Assembly: GCA_003556385.1 (NCBI GenBank)
Contig: PWRA01000113.1
Span: 1 to 49,887, forward strand
Length of the DNA stretch: 49,887 nt
Direction: 5' to 3'
Source: Dehalococcoidia bacterium
GTDB lineage: Bacteria; Chloroflexota; Dehalococcoidia; GIF9; AB-539-J10
A program made the position numbers and the translations under genes. Position 1 is the first letter of the stretch. Every line of letters starts with the position of its first letter. The notes beneath the pieces are model-generated. The model was given only the letters and a program-made list of their open reading frames with translations, did no database searches and was not told where the DNA came from. Shown piece by piece: positions 32,446 to 41,666 of this stretch.

Positions 32446-33414
32446 ATGGGAAACCGTCTTGTTCACCGAGCATACGACCTTGAGCCGGGGCGCGAGAGCC
32501 TCCTCCGCGAAGCGCTCGCCGGGCTACGTAGGCCGCAAAAGGAGTTGCCCACCAAATACCTCTACGATGAACGTGGCGCAGGCCTGTTCGACCGCATCTG
32601 CAAGCTGGAAGACTATTACATCACCCGGACCGAGGCATCCATCATGGAAGCCAATATCGGCGAGATCGCCAAGTGTCTCGGACGCCTTGTAGCCCTGGTT
32701 GAGTACGGCAGCGGAAACTGCAAGAAGGTGAGACACCTGCTGGACCATCTCGACGATCCTGTAGCCTACATTCCGATCGACATTTCCCGGGAGCAGTTGC
32801 TGCACGTGGCGGAGCAGCTGGCCTCAGATTATCCCGATCTCGAGGTGCAGCCTGTATGCGCTGACTACCTGAGCGTTCTTGATCTGCCCGCATCAAAGCG
32901 CCCCGCCCGGCGCAGATGCGTCTATTTCCCCGGCTCGACGATCGGCAATTTCGAGCCAGCCGCGGCGCAGTTCTTTTTCAAGCACATCAGAGGCGTGTGC
33001 GGCAGGACCGGTGCCCTGCTCATCGGTGTAGACCTGCAAAAAGACCCGGCTGTACTGCACCGCGCCTACAACGACAGAGAGGGTATCACCGCTGCCTTCA
33101 ACCTAAACGTGCTCGAGCGGATGAACCGCGAGCTCGGGTGCGATTTCCAGCCCGCCCGTTTCTACCATTACGCTTTCTACAACCCCGGACAGGGAAGGAT
33201 CGAGATGCATCTCATCAGCCGCCACGCTCAGACAGTCCGCGTGGGCGACGAGGCGATCCCTATTGCTGCCGGAGAGAGCATATGGACCGAGAGTTCATAC
33301 AAGTACACGCTTGACGGATTCGCGCGCCTGGCCGCTGCCGGAGGCTTCAAGACCGAGAGGGTCTGGCTTGACGAGCAACAGTGGTTCAGCGTGCAGTATC
33401 TGGTACCGGACTAG
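32446..33414 (+). CDS. egtD: L-histidine N-alpha-methyltransferase (hercynine synthase, EgtD/EanA family), 322 aa
   Basis: The sequence LPTKYLYDERGAGLFDRICKLEDYYITRTE...VEYGSGNCKK...YIPIDIS...YFPGSTIGNF...LLIGVDLQKD...RAYNDREGITAAFNLNVLERMNREL...GRIEMHL.S...Q.V......I....GE.I.TE.SYKY matches mycobacterial EgtD along its length, as I recall that sequence. Confidence 0.85.
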   Translation: MGNRLVHRAYDLEPGRESLLREALAGLRRPQKELPTKYLYDERGAGLFDRICKLEDYYITRTEASIMEANIGEIAKCLGRLVALVEYGSGNCKKVRHLLDHLDDPVAYIPIDISREQLLHVAEQLASDYPDLEVQPVCADYLSVLDLPASKRPARRRCVYFPGSTIGNFEPAAAQFFFKHIRGVCGRTGALLIGVDLQKDPAVLHRAYNDREGITAAFNLNVLERMNRELGCDFQPARFYHYAFYNPGQGRIEMHLISRHAQTVRVGDEAIPIAAGESIWTESSYKYTLDGFARLAAAGGFKTERVWLDEQQWFSVQYLVPD

Positions 33415-33444
33415 CGCCAGGGCGGCGCGTCCGCAGTTCATAGG

Positions 33445-36400
33445 CTACTTGCATGGTATCAGCCGCACCGTGTCCTTCTCCTCGAGCACCTGCGCCAGCG
33501 CCGACACAGTCTCCTCTATCTCCTCCTCCGTAGTGTAGCGGCTCAACGAGAACCGTACCGCGCAGTGCGCGTCTTCCTCAGTTCTGCCCATAGCGAGAAG
33601 GACGTGGGTGGGCTCCGGAGAGCCCGACCGGCATGCCGAGCCCGAAGACAGCGAAACGCCCCGCTGGTCGAGCATTATGACAAGCGACTCGCCGCGCAGG
33701 CCGGGGAAGGTCAGGTTGAGCGTGTTGGGCAGCCTGTACTTCGGGTGGCCATTCAGTCGCACCCCGGGCACCAGCCGTCTCACGCCTTCCTCCAGTCTGT
33801 TCCGCAGACCTCGTACGCGATCAGCCTCCGACAGGGCGAAGGCCGCTAGCTCAGCCGCCTTGCCCAGCCCAACCGCGCCGGGGATGTTTTCGGTGCCCGC
33901 CCGTATCCCGCCTTCCTGTTTGCCTCCATGAACAAGCGGCTCCAGATGGATGCCCTTCGCGACGTACAGTGCACCTATTCCCTTGGGCCCATGTAGCTTG
34001 TGCCCCGAAATGCTCAGCATGTCTACCCCTAGTTCCTCAACATCCACGCCTGTCTTGCCGACCGCCTGGATAGCATCGGTGTGGAAAAGCACCCCGCTCT
34101 CGTGACAAACAGCGCTCAACTCTCTGATCGGCAGGATCGTGCCGGTCTCATTATTGGCCATCACAATACTAACCAGGACCGTGTGGGCGTCGAGGGCGGC
34201 CCGGAGCGTGGCAGGGTCAAGCCAGCCGTTGCTGTCTACCTCAAGGTACGTAATGCTGTAGCCCAGTCTTTCCAGAAACCGACAGGTTTCCATCACCGCC
34301 GGGTGCTCCACGGTTGTTGTCACGATGTGTCTGCCCCTATGACGCAGGGCGAAAGCGGCTCCCTTGATGGCCAGGTTATTGGACTCAGAGCCTCCGCCCG
34401 TGAAGACCAGACTCCTCGGTCGGGCGTTGATAAGCGCGGCCACCTGACGGCGCGCATGCTCCAGGGCATCCCTGGCCACGAGACCCGAAGCATGTATGCT
34501 GGACGGATTCCCCGCCTCGACACCAAGGTACGGGATCATGGCGTCGCGCACCGCGTCAGCGACCTGCGTCGTGGCGTTGTTATCAAGATATATGCGCCTC
34601 GCCGGCCTGGTTGGCCCTGCGACCGCGCTCAACGCACACTCCTCCCCTAATGCGGGCCGACTGCCCACTGCGCAGCAGGTCTCGTCGGTACCGGACTCGA
34701 CTCTTTCCACGTCGCACAGCAAAGCCTTGTACACCGGAAAGCCGGAGATCTTGTCGTAGTTACCCAGGTCGGTGAGTTCATTCACATTCCACTTCTGCCA
34801 CGCCTCGGGACCGACAGGCGTTCCACCGCCGAACATGCACTCTACACATCCCCTCATGATGTCCCCGGTCACCCTGGCCCGGAAGGGCACGCTTCCCCTG
34901 GCACTCTTAACCCGAACCAGGTCGCCATTCCGGATACCCCTTGCCGCTGCATCCTCGGAGTTGATCTCTACCAGCGGTTCGGGTGTGTCCCGGACCAATC
35001 CTTCGATACCATGGTGCTGAGACCTGAAATCAGTCTGCGGTCTGGCGCCGGAGTTAAAGACCAGCGGAAACCTCTCTGCCAGCTTCGGACTGCCCAGGGG
35101 GCCTTCGGTTGGCTCGATATACACAGGTAACGGCTCATAGCCGTACCCCTCCAATATCGTAGACCATATCTCGAATTTTCCCGTCGGTGTCTCGAACCCC
35201 ATTCTGCCGTCCTTCCGCAGTCTACCCTTCTCCCACTTCCTGTACTCCAGCATAGGTGTCGAACGCCTTACCCAGCCACCGGCCCGCTTTACGTCCTCCA
35301 GACTGTATCCCGAGTCCTTAAGAACATAGCGGAGCATGTCCTCCTCAGTCTGTGGGAACAGATGGCCGTAGCCCAGGTGCATAGCCAGCTCGGCCATTAT
35401 CAAATAGTCGTTGCGTGCCTCGCCCAACGGCTCGATAACCCTCTCACGCAGCCGGAAAACGGGACCGTAGGTCATATACGAGTCGTTTTCGAACATCGTG
35501 GTGGCCGGCAAAACGATGTCGGCGTAGGCAGCATCGGCCGTGAGCTGGCGATCGATGCAGACCACAAAGTCGAGTCCGGCGAGTGTATCTCTCCACACCG
35601 GCGTCTGCGGCCACGACGTCAGCAGGGAAGCCCCGTGAATGATCAGCCCGCGCGTCCGGTACGGGTGTCCTTTCAGCACAGAATCGACGAGGGCGATGGC
35701 GTGCGACTCTCCCCGATAGTCGCTGTACACTGGAAAATCGCGACGCCCGATGGCCATGTCCAGATTCGGATTCTCCAGGTTGCACGCACGATTGATGGGA
35801 AACTCGCTATCCAGCATGGTAAGCCCGATGCCGCCCGGCACATCGAGATGACCGGCCAGGGCGAACAGGGTCAGAGCCGCCCTGGCAGACTGAACGCCGC
35901 TGTTGGAATATTCCAGGCCGGTGTACATGAGCAGCGCAGCACCCCTGGCCCTGGCGATGCGCCGGGCCAGATCTCTGATCCGGTCCGCCGAAATCCCCGT
36001 TATGGTCTGCACCACGTCAGGCCTGAAGTGCTGAACGTACCTCCTCAGTTCATCAAAGCAATGACACCAGTTCTCGGCGAACTCCTCATCGTAGAGGTCC
36101 TCGTCCACAATGACCTCTATCATGCTCAAGGCCAGAGCGCCATCGGTGCCCGGCCGGATCGGAATCCACTCGCCACCGGTGCGCACCACCGCCTCCGTAC
36201 GGCGTGGGTCGATGAAGACGATGTCCGCACCGCGCCCGGCTGCCATCTCCAATCGCGACATGTCCGCAGGGGGTGAATCGGTGGCCGGGTTAGTGCCCCA
36301 GACCACCACCATGCCGGAGTTCTCGATGTCGGCAAACATGTTCATCTGCATTCTCCCCATGGTCACATGAGGAGCGATCATGTGCAGCGAGACGTAACAC

Positions 36401-36837
36401 AGGGCGCCAACGCCTGTTGTGTTCATAGACCCGAACGGGAACAGCACATTAGAGGCCGAAGACACGGCTACGCCTTTAGGCTGGTACATATCGCACAGCG
36501 ACAGTTCCTGGGCGCCACGACCCGTATAGATGCATACGGCCTCCGGCCCCGACTCTTCTCTGATCTCGAGTATACTATCGGTGATGGTCCTGTACGCCTC
36601 CTGCCAGGAAATACGCTGGAAATCGTACGATCCCCGGGGTCCGACCCGCCTTAGAGGATGCAGAATCCGGTGTCTGGAGTAGACTATCTCCGGTGCATGC
36701 TCTCCCCGCCGACAGATCATACCCAGCGTATGGGTGTCATCGGCCCTTATTTCAACCAGCCTGCCACCCACAAGGCCGACCTCCACCCAGCAACCCGCCG
36801 GACATACGCCACAGAGAGCCTTCCGCCACTCGACCAT
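33445..36837 (-). CDS. fusion protein: N-terminal bis-pterin (Mo/W) oxidoreductase module plus C-terminal class V PLP cysteine desulfurase (NifS/IscS-like). Candidate metallopterin-dependent ergothioneine synthase.
   Basis: ORF 33445..36984 (1179 aa). The start is uncertain and is placed at ATG 36837 (MVEWRKALCGVCPAGC), just before the MopB-type C-x2-C-x3-C...C cluster motif. About 750 aa of MopB-family sequence follow, including a C-terminal pterin-binding barrel (INSEDAAARGIRNGDLVRVKSARG). Then comes RIYLDNNATT...SGHKLHGPKG (PLP Lys)...SSGSAC (persulfide Cys). Confidence 0.75.
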   Translation of the reverse strand: MVEWRKALCGVCPAGCWVEVGLVGGRLVEIRADDTHTLGMICRRGEHAPEIVYSRHRILHPLRRVGPRGSYDFQRISWQEAYRTITDSILEIREESGPEAVCIYTGRGAQELSLCDMYQPKGVAVSSASNVLFPFGSMNTTGVGALCYVSLHMIAPHVTMGRMQMNMFADIENSGMVVVWGTNPATDSPPADMSRLEMAAGRGADIVFIDPRRTEAVVRTGGEWIPIRPGTDGALALSMIEVIVDEDLYDEEFAENWCHCFDELRRYVQHFRPDVVQTITGISADRIRDLARRIARARGAALLMYTGLEYSNSGVQSARAALTLFALAGHLDVPGGIGLTMLDSEFPINRACNLENPNLDMAIGRRDFPVYSDYRGESHAIALVDSVLKGHPYRTRGLIIHGASLLTSWPQTPVWRDTLAGLDFVVCIDRQLTADAAYADIVLPATTMFENDSYMTYGPVFRLRERVIEPLGEARNDYLIMAELAMHLGYGHLFPQTEEDMLRYVLKDSGYSLEDVKRAGGWVRRSTPMLEYRKWEKGRLRKDGRMGFETPTGKFEIWSTILEGYGYEPLPVYIEPTEGPLGSPKLAERFPLVFNSGARPQTDFRSQHHGIEGLVRDTPEPLVEINSEDAAARGIRNGDLVRVKSARGSVPFRARVTGDIMRGCVECMFGGGTPVGPEAWQKWNVNELTDLGNYDKISGFPVYKALLCDVERVESGTDETCCAVGSRPALGEECALSAVAGPTRPARRIYLDNNATTQVADAVRDAMIPYLGVEAGNPSSIHASGLVARDALEHARRQVAALINARPRSLVFTGGGSESNNLAIKGAAFALRHRGRHIVTTTVEHPAVMETCRFLERLGYSITYLEVDSNGWLDPATLRAALDAHTVLVSIVMANNETGTILPIRELSAVCHESGVLFHTDAIQAVGKTGVDVEELGVDMLSISGHKLHGPKGIGALYVAKGIHLEPLVHGGKQEGGIRAGTENIPGAVGLGKAAELAAFALSEADRVRGLRNRLEEGVRRLVPGVRLNGHPKYRLPNTLNLTFPGLRGESLVIMLDQRGVSLSSGSACRSGSPEPTHVLLAMGRTEEDAHCAVRFSLSRYTTEEEIEETVSALAQVLEEKDTVRLIPCK

Positions 36838-37065
36838 TGTATGATTCGGGTCAGAGGCGCCTGGGATTTCCTCCGGAGGTCTGTGCATTCTTCCCATATA
36901 GTAACAGCAAGGGCAGGTCATCCTCAATCTCTTTGGTCGGCACATAGCCGGGGTTCGATGACGGAGAGGAGGGAGCGGGGGCAAGACACAGGCAGGCTAC
37001 ATCGACTATAATGGGATGGCAATGGGCAGCAACCGCCCACCCGGCTGTGCGGAACCTTAAAGAGT

Positions 37066-37950
37066 ATGCGGACATGGTTTCTGGAGACCAGACCACAGTT
37101 CCTGATAATCTCCCTAATACTCATACTCCTCGGCACGTCGATCGCCTGGTATCAGGGCTACTTCAACCCGCTACATGCCGGACTGGCCCTTATCGGGATG
37201 CTCCTGGTCCATATCAGTGCCAACACGCTGAACGACTATTTCGACTTCCAGAGCGGTATAGACCTGGAGGTGAAGAGGACCCCCTTCAGCGGGGGGAGCG
37301 GCATCCTGGCCGCCGGGCTCCTGGCTCCGGCCTCTGTGCGACGGTTCGGTCTGATTTGCTTCCTGCTGGCCGTTCCGATAGCCGTCTTCTTCGTCGTCGT
37401 CAGGGGCTTGCTTCTCCTTCCCATCTTTGTCGGAGGCGCACTCTGCCTCGCGCTGTATACAACCCACCTGACCAGGTGGGGGCTGGGTGAGCTCGGTGCC
37501 GGCCTCGGGCTGGGCGCATTACCCGTACTGGGAGCCTACTTCGTACAGTCGGGAGCCTACACCTGGGAAGCGGTGGTCGCCGTTATCCCTTCAGGCATTC
37601 TGCTGCACAATGGTTTGCTGCTGTTTGAGTTCCCCGACGTGGAGGCCGATCAGAAGGGCGGGAAGAGGACTTTCCCCGTGGTCATGGGCAAGAACAGGGC
37701 AGCCGTTCTCTACTCTGTGCTGACGATAGCCATGTATGCGTGGATAGCCGCCTGGTCGATAGCAGGGCTCATGCCCATATGGACCCTGCTCGCGCTCCTG
37801 ACTATCCCGCTGGCATGGCGAGCCATGGCAGGAGCCCTGAACCATGAGGAAGAGAGCAAATTCCTCCCCGGCCTGAAGGCCAACCTCGCGGTACTGCTCG
37901 GCGTTCAGACCCTCCTTGCCGCGGGTTTCATTGTGGCAGCGACCCTATAG
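37066..37950 (+). CDS. UbiA-superfamily aromatic prenyltransferase (MenA-like), 294 aa
   Basis: Polytopic membrane protein. First Asp-rich motif NTLNDYFDFQSGID. Diverges from the fusion gene. Confidence 0.75.
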   Translation: MRTWFLETRPQFLIISLILILLGTSIAWYQGYFNPLHAGLALIGMLLVHISANTLNDYFDFQSGIDLEVKRTPFSGGSGILAAGLLAPASVRRFGLICFLLAVPIAVFFVVVRGLLLLPIFVGGALCLALYTTHLTRWGLGELGAGLGLGALPVLGAYFVQSGAYTWEAVVAVIPSGILLHNGLLLFEFPDVEADQKGGKRTFPVVMGKNRAAVLYSVLTIAMYAWIAAWSIAGLMPIWTLLALLTIPLAWRAMAGALNHEEESKFLPGLKANLAVLLGVQTLLAAGFIVAATL

Positions 37951-37987
37951 GCTCATGATGACCAGGAGACCCGGACAGCGATAAGAA

Positions 37988-39052
37988 ATGCAGATGTCAG
38001 ATGACCGGAACATGAACGAGAACCATCGGAAATCGCATCTTCCTCTGGAAGATTGGGCCGACTATCGGGAGAGCGTCCGCGCCGAGCTGGAGCTGGTCAT
38101 CGACAGGACGCTTCCCCCGCTGCGCGGCATCATGCGCTACCACATGGGGTGGGAGAACGAGCAGGGGGACGCCGGCCAGCCCAGGCCCGGCAAGTTCGTT
38201 CGTGCTATCCTGCATATGCTCAGTTGTGGAGCGGTAGGGGGAGATGCGGCGCAGACGATACCGGCCGCCGCGGCCCTGGAGCTCATTCACAATTTCTCTC
38301 TCATTCATGATGACATCCAGGATGGGAGTCACGAGAGGCGGGGCAGACCAACCGTGTGGGCCCTGTGGGGCACGTCGCAGGCCATAAACGTCGGTGACTT
38401 CCTGTTCGCCCTAGCGTCCCTGGCCCTGCTGCGACTCGGCGACCATAACGTGCCGGGCGAGGACATAGTTCACTCTTTCCAGCTCTTGGCCGAGGCCTGC
38501 AAGGACCTTTGTGAAGGGCAGTACCTCGACCTCGAGTTCGAGAAGAGAGTCGATATTACACTGGAAGACTATCTGGGCATGGTGCGGAGGAAGACGGCGG
38601 CCCTGATTGCAGCGTCCACTTCGATGGGAGCCCACCTGGGCGGAGGCGGCGAGAGAGTTTCGCATTTCCACCGGTTTGGCGAGGCGCTGGGCATAGCCTA
38701 TCAAATCAGCGATGATATACTGGGCATCTGGGGCGTGAAGAAGACCACCGGAAAATCGGTAGAGGCGGACCTCCGCCAGAGAAAGAAGACTCTGCCCGTG
38801 GTATATGCCCTGCGGGAGAGCAAGGACCGGGCGACCCTGGCGGGAATCTACTCGGCGAATGAGATAAAGGGGAGCGATATACCGGTAGCCCTGGAGATCC
38901 TCGACCGGTCCGGCGCCCGTGAATACGCCCAGGGGCTGGTCGAGGGGTACTTCCACCAGGCATTAGTGCAGCTCGAAGCCAGCGGCGTGGGAGCCGACCG
39001 CAGCGCTCCTCTCGTCAGAATAGCGCAGTTCCTCAGGGAGCGGGAATACTGA
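37988..39052 (+). CDS. polyprenyl diphosphate synthase (trans-IPPS family), 354 aa
   Basis: FARM LIHDDIQD and SARM QISDDILG, with the KT..LI and GK....D...RK.T. motifs. Confidence 0.85.
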   Translation: MQMSDDRNMNENHRKSHLPLEDWADYRESVRAELELVIDRTLPPLRGIMRYHMGWENEQGDAGQPRPGKFVRAILHMLSCGAVGGDAAQTIPAAAALELIHNFSLIHDDIQDGSHERRGRPTVWALWGTSQAINVGDFLFALASLALLRLGDHNVPGEDIVHSFQLLAEACKDLCEGQYLDLEFEKRVDITLEDYLGMVRRKTAALIAASTSMGAHLGGGGERVSHFHRFGEALGIAYQISDDILGIWGVKKTTGKSVEADLRQRKKTLPVVYALRESKDRATLAGIYSANEIKGSDIPVALEILDRSGAREYAQGLVEGYFHQALVQLEASGVGADRSAPLVRIAQFLREREY

Positions 39053-39158
39053 GGCGTGCCTGCCTGGAAGCAGGGACCCCGCTGGACCGCGGACAGTGTG
39101 ACGGCTGCAGGAATCGTAGGCCTGAACCGGCCCACACTCTGATGGACGGCATACGGCC

Positions 39159-40472
39159 TCAGGGGGACGTCCTGTCGACCGTAAAGAGGTTCACCAGGTC
39201 GACGGTGTCGACAACGTTCAGCTTCCGGAAGAGCAGCGAAAAGCGCTCTTCCAGAATCTGCCTCATGCCCGCCAGTCTATCCTCAGGAATGTTCCACATC
39301 TCCTCTTTGAAGAGACCGAAGCCCTTCTTACGCGTGCTGTACAGAAACTGCTCGTCTGTGTCTCCGGGCTTCTTTTCGTCTGCATACCTTCGGCGGATCT
39401 CTTCATAGATGCGCTCCAGCAGGTCGTTCGGGAAAAAGCCGCCATCATATATCAGGTTCTGGAATCCAGTGGCCAGGTGCACTTCTGCCGTCCCTGCATC
39501 CGGGAACATCTCGAACGCCTCGTCCGGCAAAGTCGAGGCGCCGTGCTGCACGGCCCCCGCCAGCCCGTACTCATCTCGGGCCACCCTTGAGATCTCGCGG
39601 AGCGCCTCGAAATCGATCTCCACCTCGGCCATCGATCCGTCCGGCAGAACCACACCCCCATGCTTCGTCCCGGTCTGAACGCTGATCTTGGAGATGCCGG
39701 ACGTCTCGGACCCCAGATGCCGGAGGTACCCGGACATGAACGCTCTCAGGTCACCCACGGTGCTGTTCCTGCCGCCGACCTCTCCGATCTCACCGCCCAC
39801 CGAGATGGTGACTCCCCCCGGCTCGATGCCGCGAATCAAGCGGGTCATGTCGCCGGTTACCCGGCAGTTTATCTCCTGCTGCTCCTCGAGCGTCTCCCGT
39901 TCCAGGTCGACGAGGGTAGAGGCGTCGACATCGATGTTCAGGAAGCCGGCAAAGACCGCCCCCTTAATCAGGTCACTGACGGCCTTCAACTCCGCCTGTG
40001 AATCCGAGGCATACTTGCCGCTGCTGAACTGAAAATGGTCTCCTTGAAGGAAAACAGGCCCACTGAAACCTTCCCTGACCGCCGCGGCCAGGACGCACGA
40101 GGCATACTCGGCCGGCGACTGGTCGGTATAGCCGATCTCAGAGCGGGCGATTTCAAATATGAAGGCGCCTACCTTGTGCTTCAGGGCGGCCCGGAAGACG
40201 GCCCTTGCCACCTGATAGGTGATACCGCGGATATTTATCGCCGGGACGGTCTTAGAGACGTAGAGCCCGTTGCCGGCAGCGGTGTACAGGCCGTGAGTGC
40301 TCGCCAGACAGATATCCTGCTTGCGCGCAGACTCGCGAATCGTCTTCCGGGCCCTCTCTCTGTCCGACTTCCCGGGAGAAAAGACGGCGCCGTACACAAC
40401 GGCGTCCATATCGCCGGGCGGCACACCCTTCTTCTCGACATCCCCGCCCCGTCTCTCGTCATCATGCTTCAT
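39159..40472 (-). CDS. fba: class II (metal-dependent) fructose/ketose-bisphosphate aldolase family protein, long form, 437 aa
   Basis: ORF 39159..40952 trimmed to ATG 40472 (GGAGGAGGG 5 nt upstream); the upstream 160 codons overlap pfk out of frame. Motifs VFLQGDHF, GGEIGEVGG, VQTGTKHGG and VQHGASTLPDE....F.....AEVHLATGFQN match class II aldolases. Confidence 0.7.
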   Translation of the reverse strand: MKHDDERRGGDVEKKGVPPGDMDAVVYGAVFSPGKSDRERARKTIRESARKQDICLASTHGLYTAAGNGLYVSKTVPAINIRGITYQVARAVFRAALKHKVGAFIFEIARSEIGYTDQSPAEYASCVLAAAVREGFSGPVFLQGDHFQFSSGKYASDSQAELKAVSDLIKGAVFAGFLNIDVDASTLVDLERETLEEQQEINCRVTGDMTRLIRGIEPGGVTISVGGEIGEVGGRNSTVGDLRAFMSGYLRHLGSETSGISKISVQTGTKHGGVVLPDGSMAEVEIDFEALREISRVARDEYGLAGAVQHGASTLPDEAFEMFPDAGTAEVHLATGFQNLIYDGGFFPNDLLERIYEEIRRRYADEKKPGDTDEQFLYSTRKKGFGLFKEEMWNIPEDRLAGMRQILEERFSLLFRKLNVVDTVDLVNLFTVDRTSP

Positions 40473-41592
40473 GCTTTCCCTCCTCCAGCCTGAGTATCGT
40501 CCGCCGTCCGTTATATCTCTCCACGTCATACTGCGTATCGACATCAACAAATCTGGCCCGCCCGATAGCATTTTCAATAGCGCACATAGTGACTCTTCCG
40601 TTGCGGACGCAGACCATTTTGCCGAAGATGCCTGCCGCCACAAGCTCCATCGCAGCGATGCCGAAGTACCTGCCCATTCTCCTATCGTAGGCACAGGGAG
40701 CACCACCCCGCTGAAGGTGGCTGAGGTTGATGCTACGCGTCTCCAGTCCGGTCGAGGCCTCGATCTCCCGGGCCAGAGAATCTCCGACACCTCCCAGGAA
40801 CTTATGCCCAAAGGCATCGACGCCTTCCTGTCTGGTAAACTCGGTGCCGCCTGCCGGCTTTGCGCCCTCAGAAACCACGATGATCTCGTATCTGGCTCCC
40901 TCTTCTCTTCCCTCGACAAGAAGTTCATTGACTCTGTCCGGAGAAAAATCATGTTCCGGGATGAGGATTATAAAGGCACCGCTCGCTTCGCCCCCCTCCA
41001 AGGCCAACCAGCCGCCATGCCTGCCCATGGTCTCCACAACGAATATTCTCTTGTGCGAACCCGCCGTGGTACGCAGGCGGTCGATCTCTTCAGTGATGAC
41101 GCTAACTGCCGTCTCGAATCCGAGCGTATAATCGGTCTCGGGCAGGTCCTTGTCGATGGTCTTGGGTATGGCGACCACCGGCACGCCCTCACGGTCCAAC
41201 CTGTGGGCGACTCCCAGCGTGTCATCGCCGCCGATCGCTATCAGTGCGTCCAGTCGCAGCTTCTCGATGTTGGCCAACACCCTCCGGGACTGGTCGTTCT
41301 TCGGATCGTAGGGATTGGTCCGCGACGTACCTAGCATGCTGCCACCGTACCTATCCCACGTCCGGACGACGGCCTGGTCCAGCGGCATGACGTACTCTTC
41401 CATGCCTGCTGCGCCGGGCTTGACTTCAATGAGTCCCTTCCATCCGTCCTTGATGCCCACCGGCGTATATCGGGTCATCCTTTCTCGCTGCAGCCGATCA
41501 TCAAGCGCCGTCTTCACTATCCATTTAATGGCGGGATTAATGCCGGCGCAGTCCCCTCCCCCGGTCAGGATACCTATCCTGTTCTCTTTCAT
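40462..41592 (-). CDS. pfp: 6-phosphofructokinase, predicted PPi-dependent type, 376 aa
   Basis: RIGILTGGGDCAGINPAI. The IGGDDTLG (Asp rather than Gly) and IPKTIDKDL (Lys rather than Gly) positions are the known discriminators of PPi- versus ATP-dependent PFKs. Start placed at ATG 41592 (GAGGAGG 9 nt upstream). The stop overlaps the fba start by 11 nt. Confidence 0.8.
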   Translation of the reverse strand: MKENRIGILTGGGDCAGINPAIKWIVKTALDDRLQRERMTRYTPVGIKDGWKGLIEVKPGAAGMEEYVMPLDQAVVRTWDRYGGSMLGTSRTNPYDPKNDQSRRVLANIEKLRLDALIAIGGDDTLGVAHRLDREGVPVVAIPKTIDKDLPETDYTLGFETAVSVITEEIDRLRTTAGSHKRIFVVETMGRHGGWLALEGGEASGAFIILIPEHDFSPDRVNELLVEGREEGARYEIIVVSEGAKPAGGTEFTRQEGVDAFGHKFLGGVGDSLAREIEASTGLETRSINLSHLQRGGAPCAYDRRMGRYFGIAAMELVAAGIFGKMVCVRNGRVTMCAIENAIGRARFVDVDTQYDVERYNGRRTILRLEEGKHEA

Positions 41593-41660
41593 GTCCATCA
41601 ACCTCCTCAGTTCCCGTAACGAACGTCGGTCGTGATCTCCTGCACACTCCGCCTATACCG

Positions 41661-41666
41661 ATTATA
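41661..41666 (-). promoter_or_regulatory. possible -10 box (TATAAT) upstream of pfp
   Basis: Minus strand ...TTAAGAtcggtttgatcaggatgcTATAATcgg, about 68 nt upstream of the pfp ATG. The -35 is weak. Confidence 0.3.

Noticed and set aside
40473-40952. N-terminal 160 codons of the 597-aa track ORF 39159..40952
   Set aside because: This part overlaps the 3' end of the pfk gene in another frame and has no aldolase similarity. A strong SD plus ATG at 40472 starts the recognisable class II aldolase sequence.
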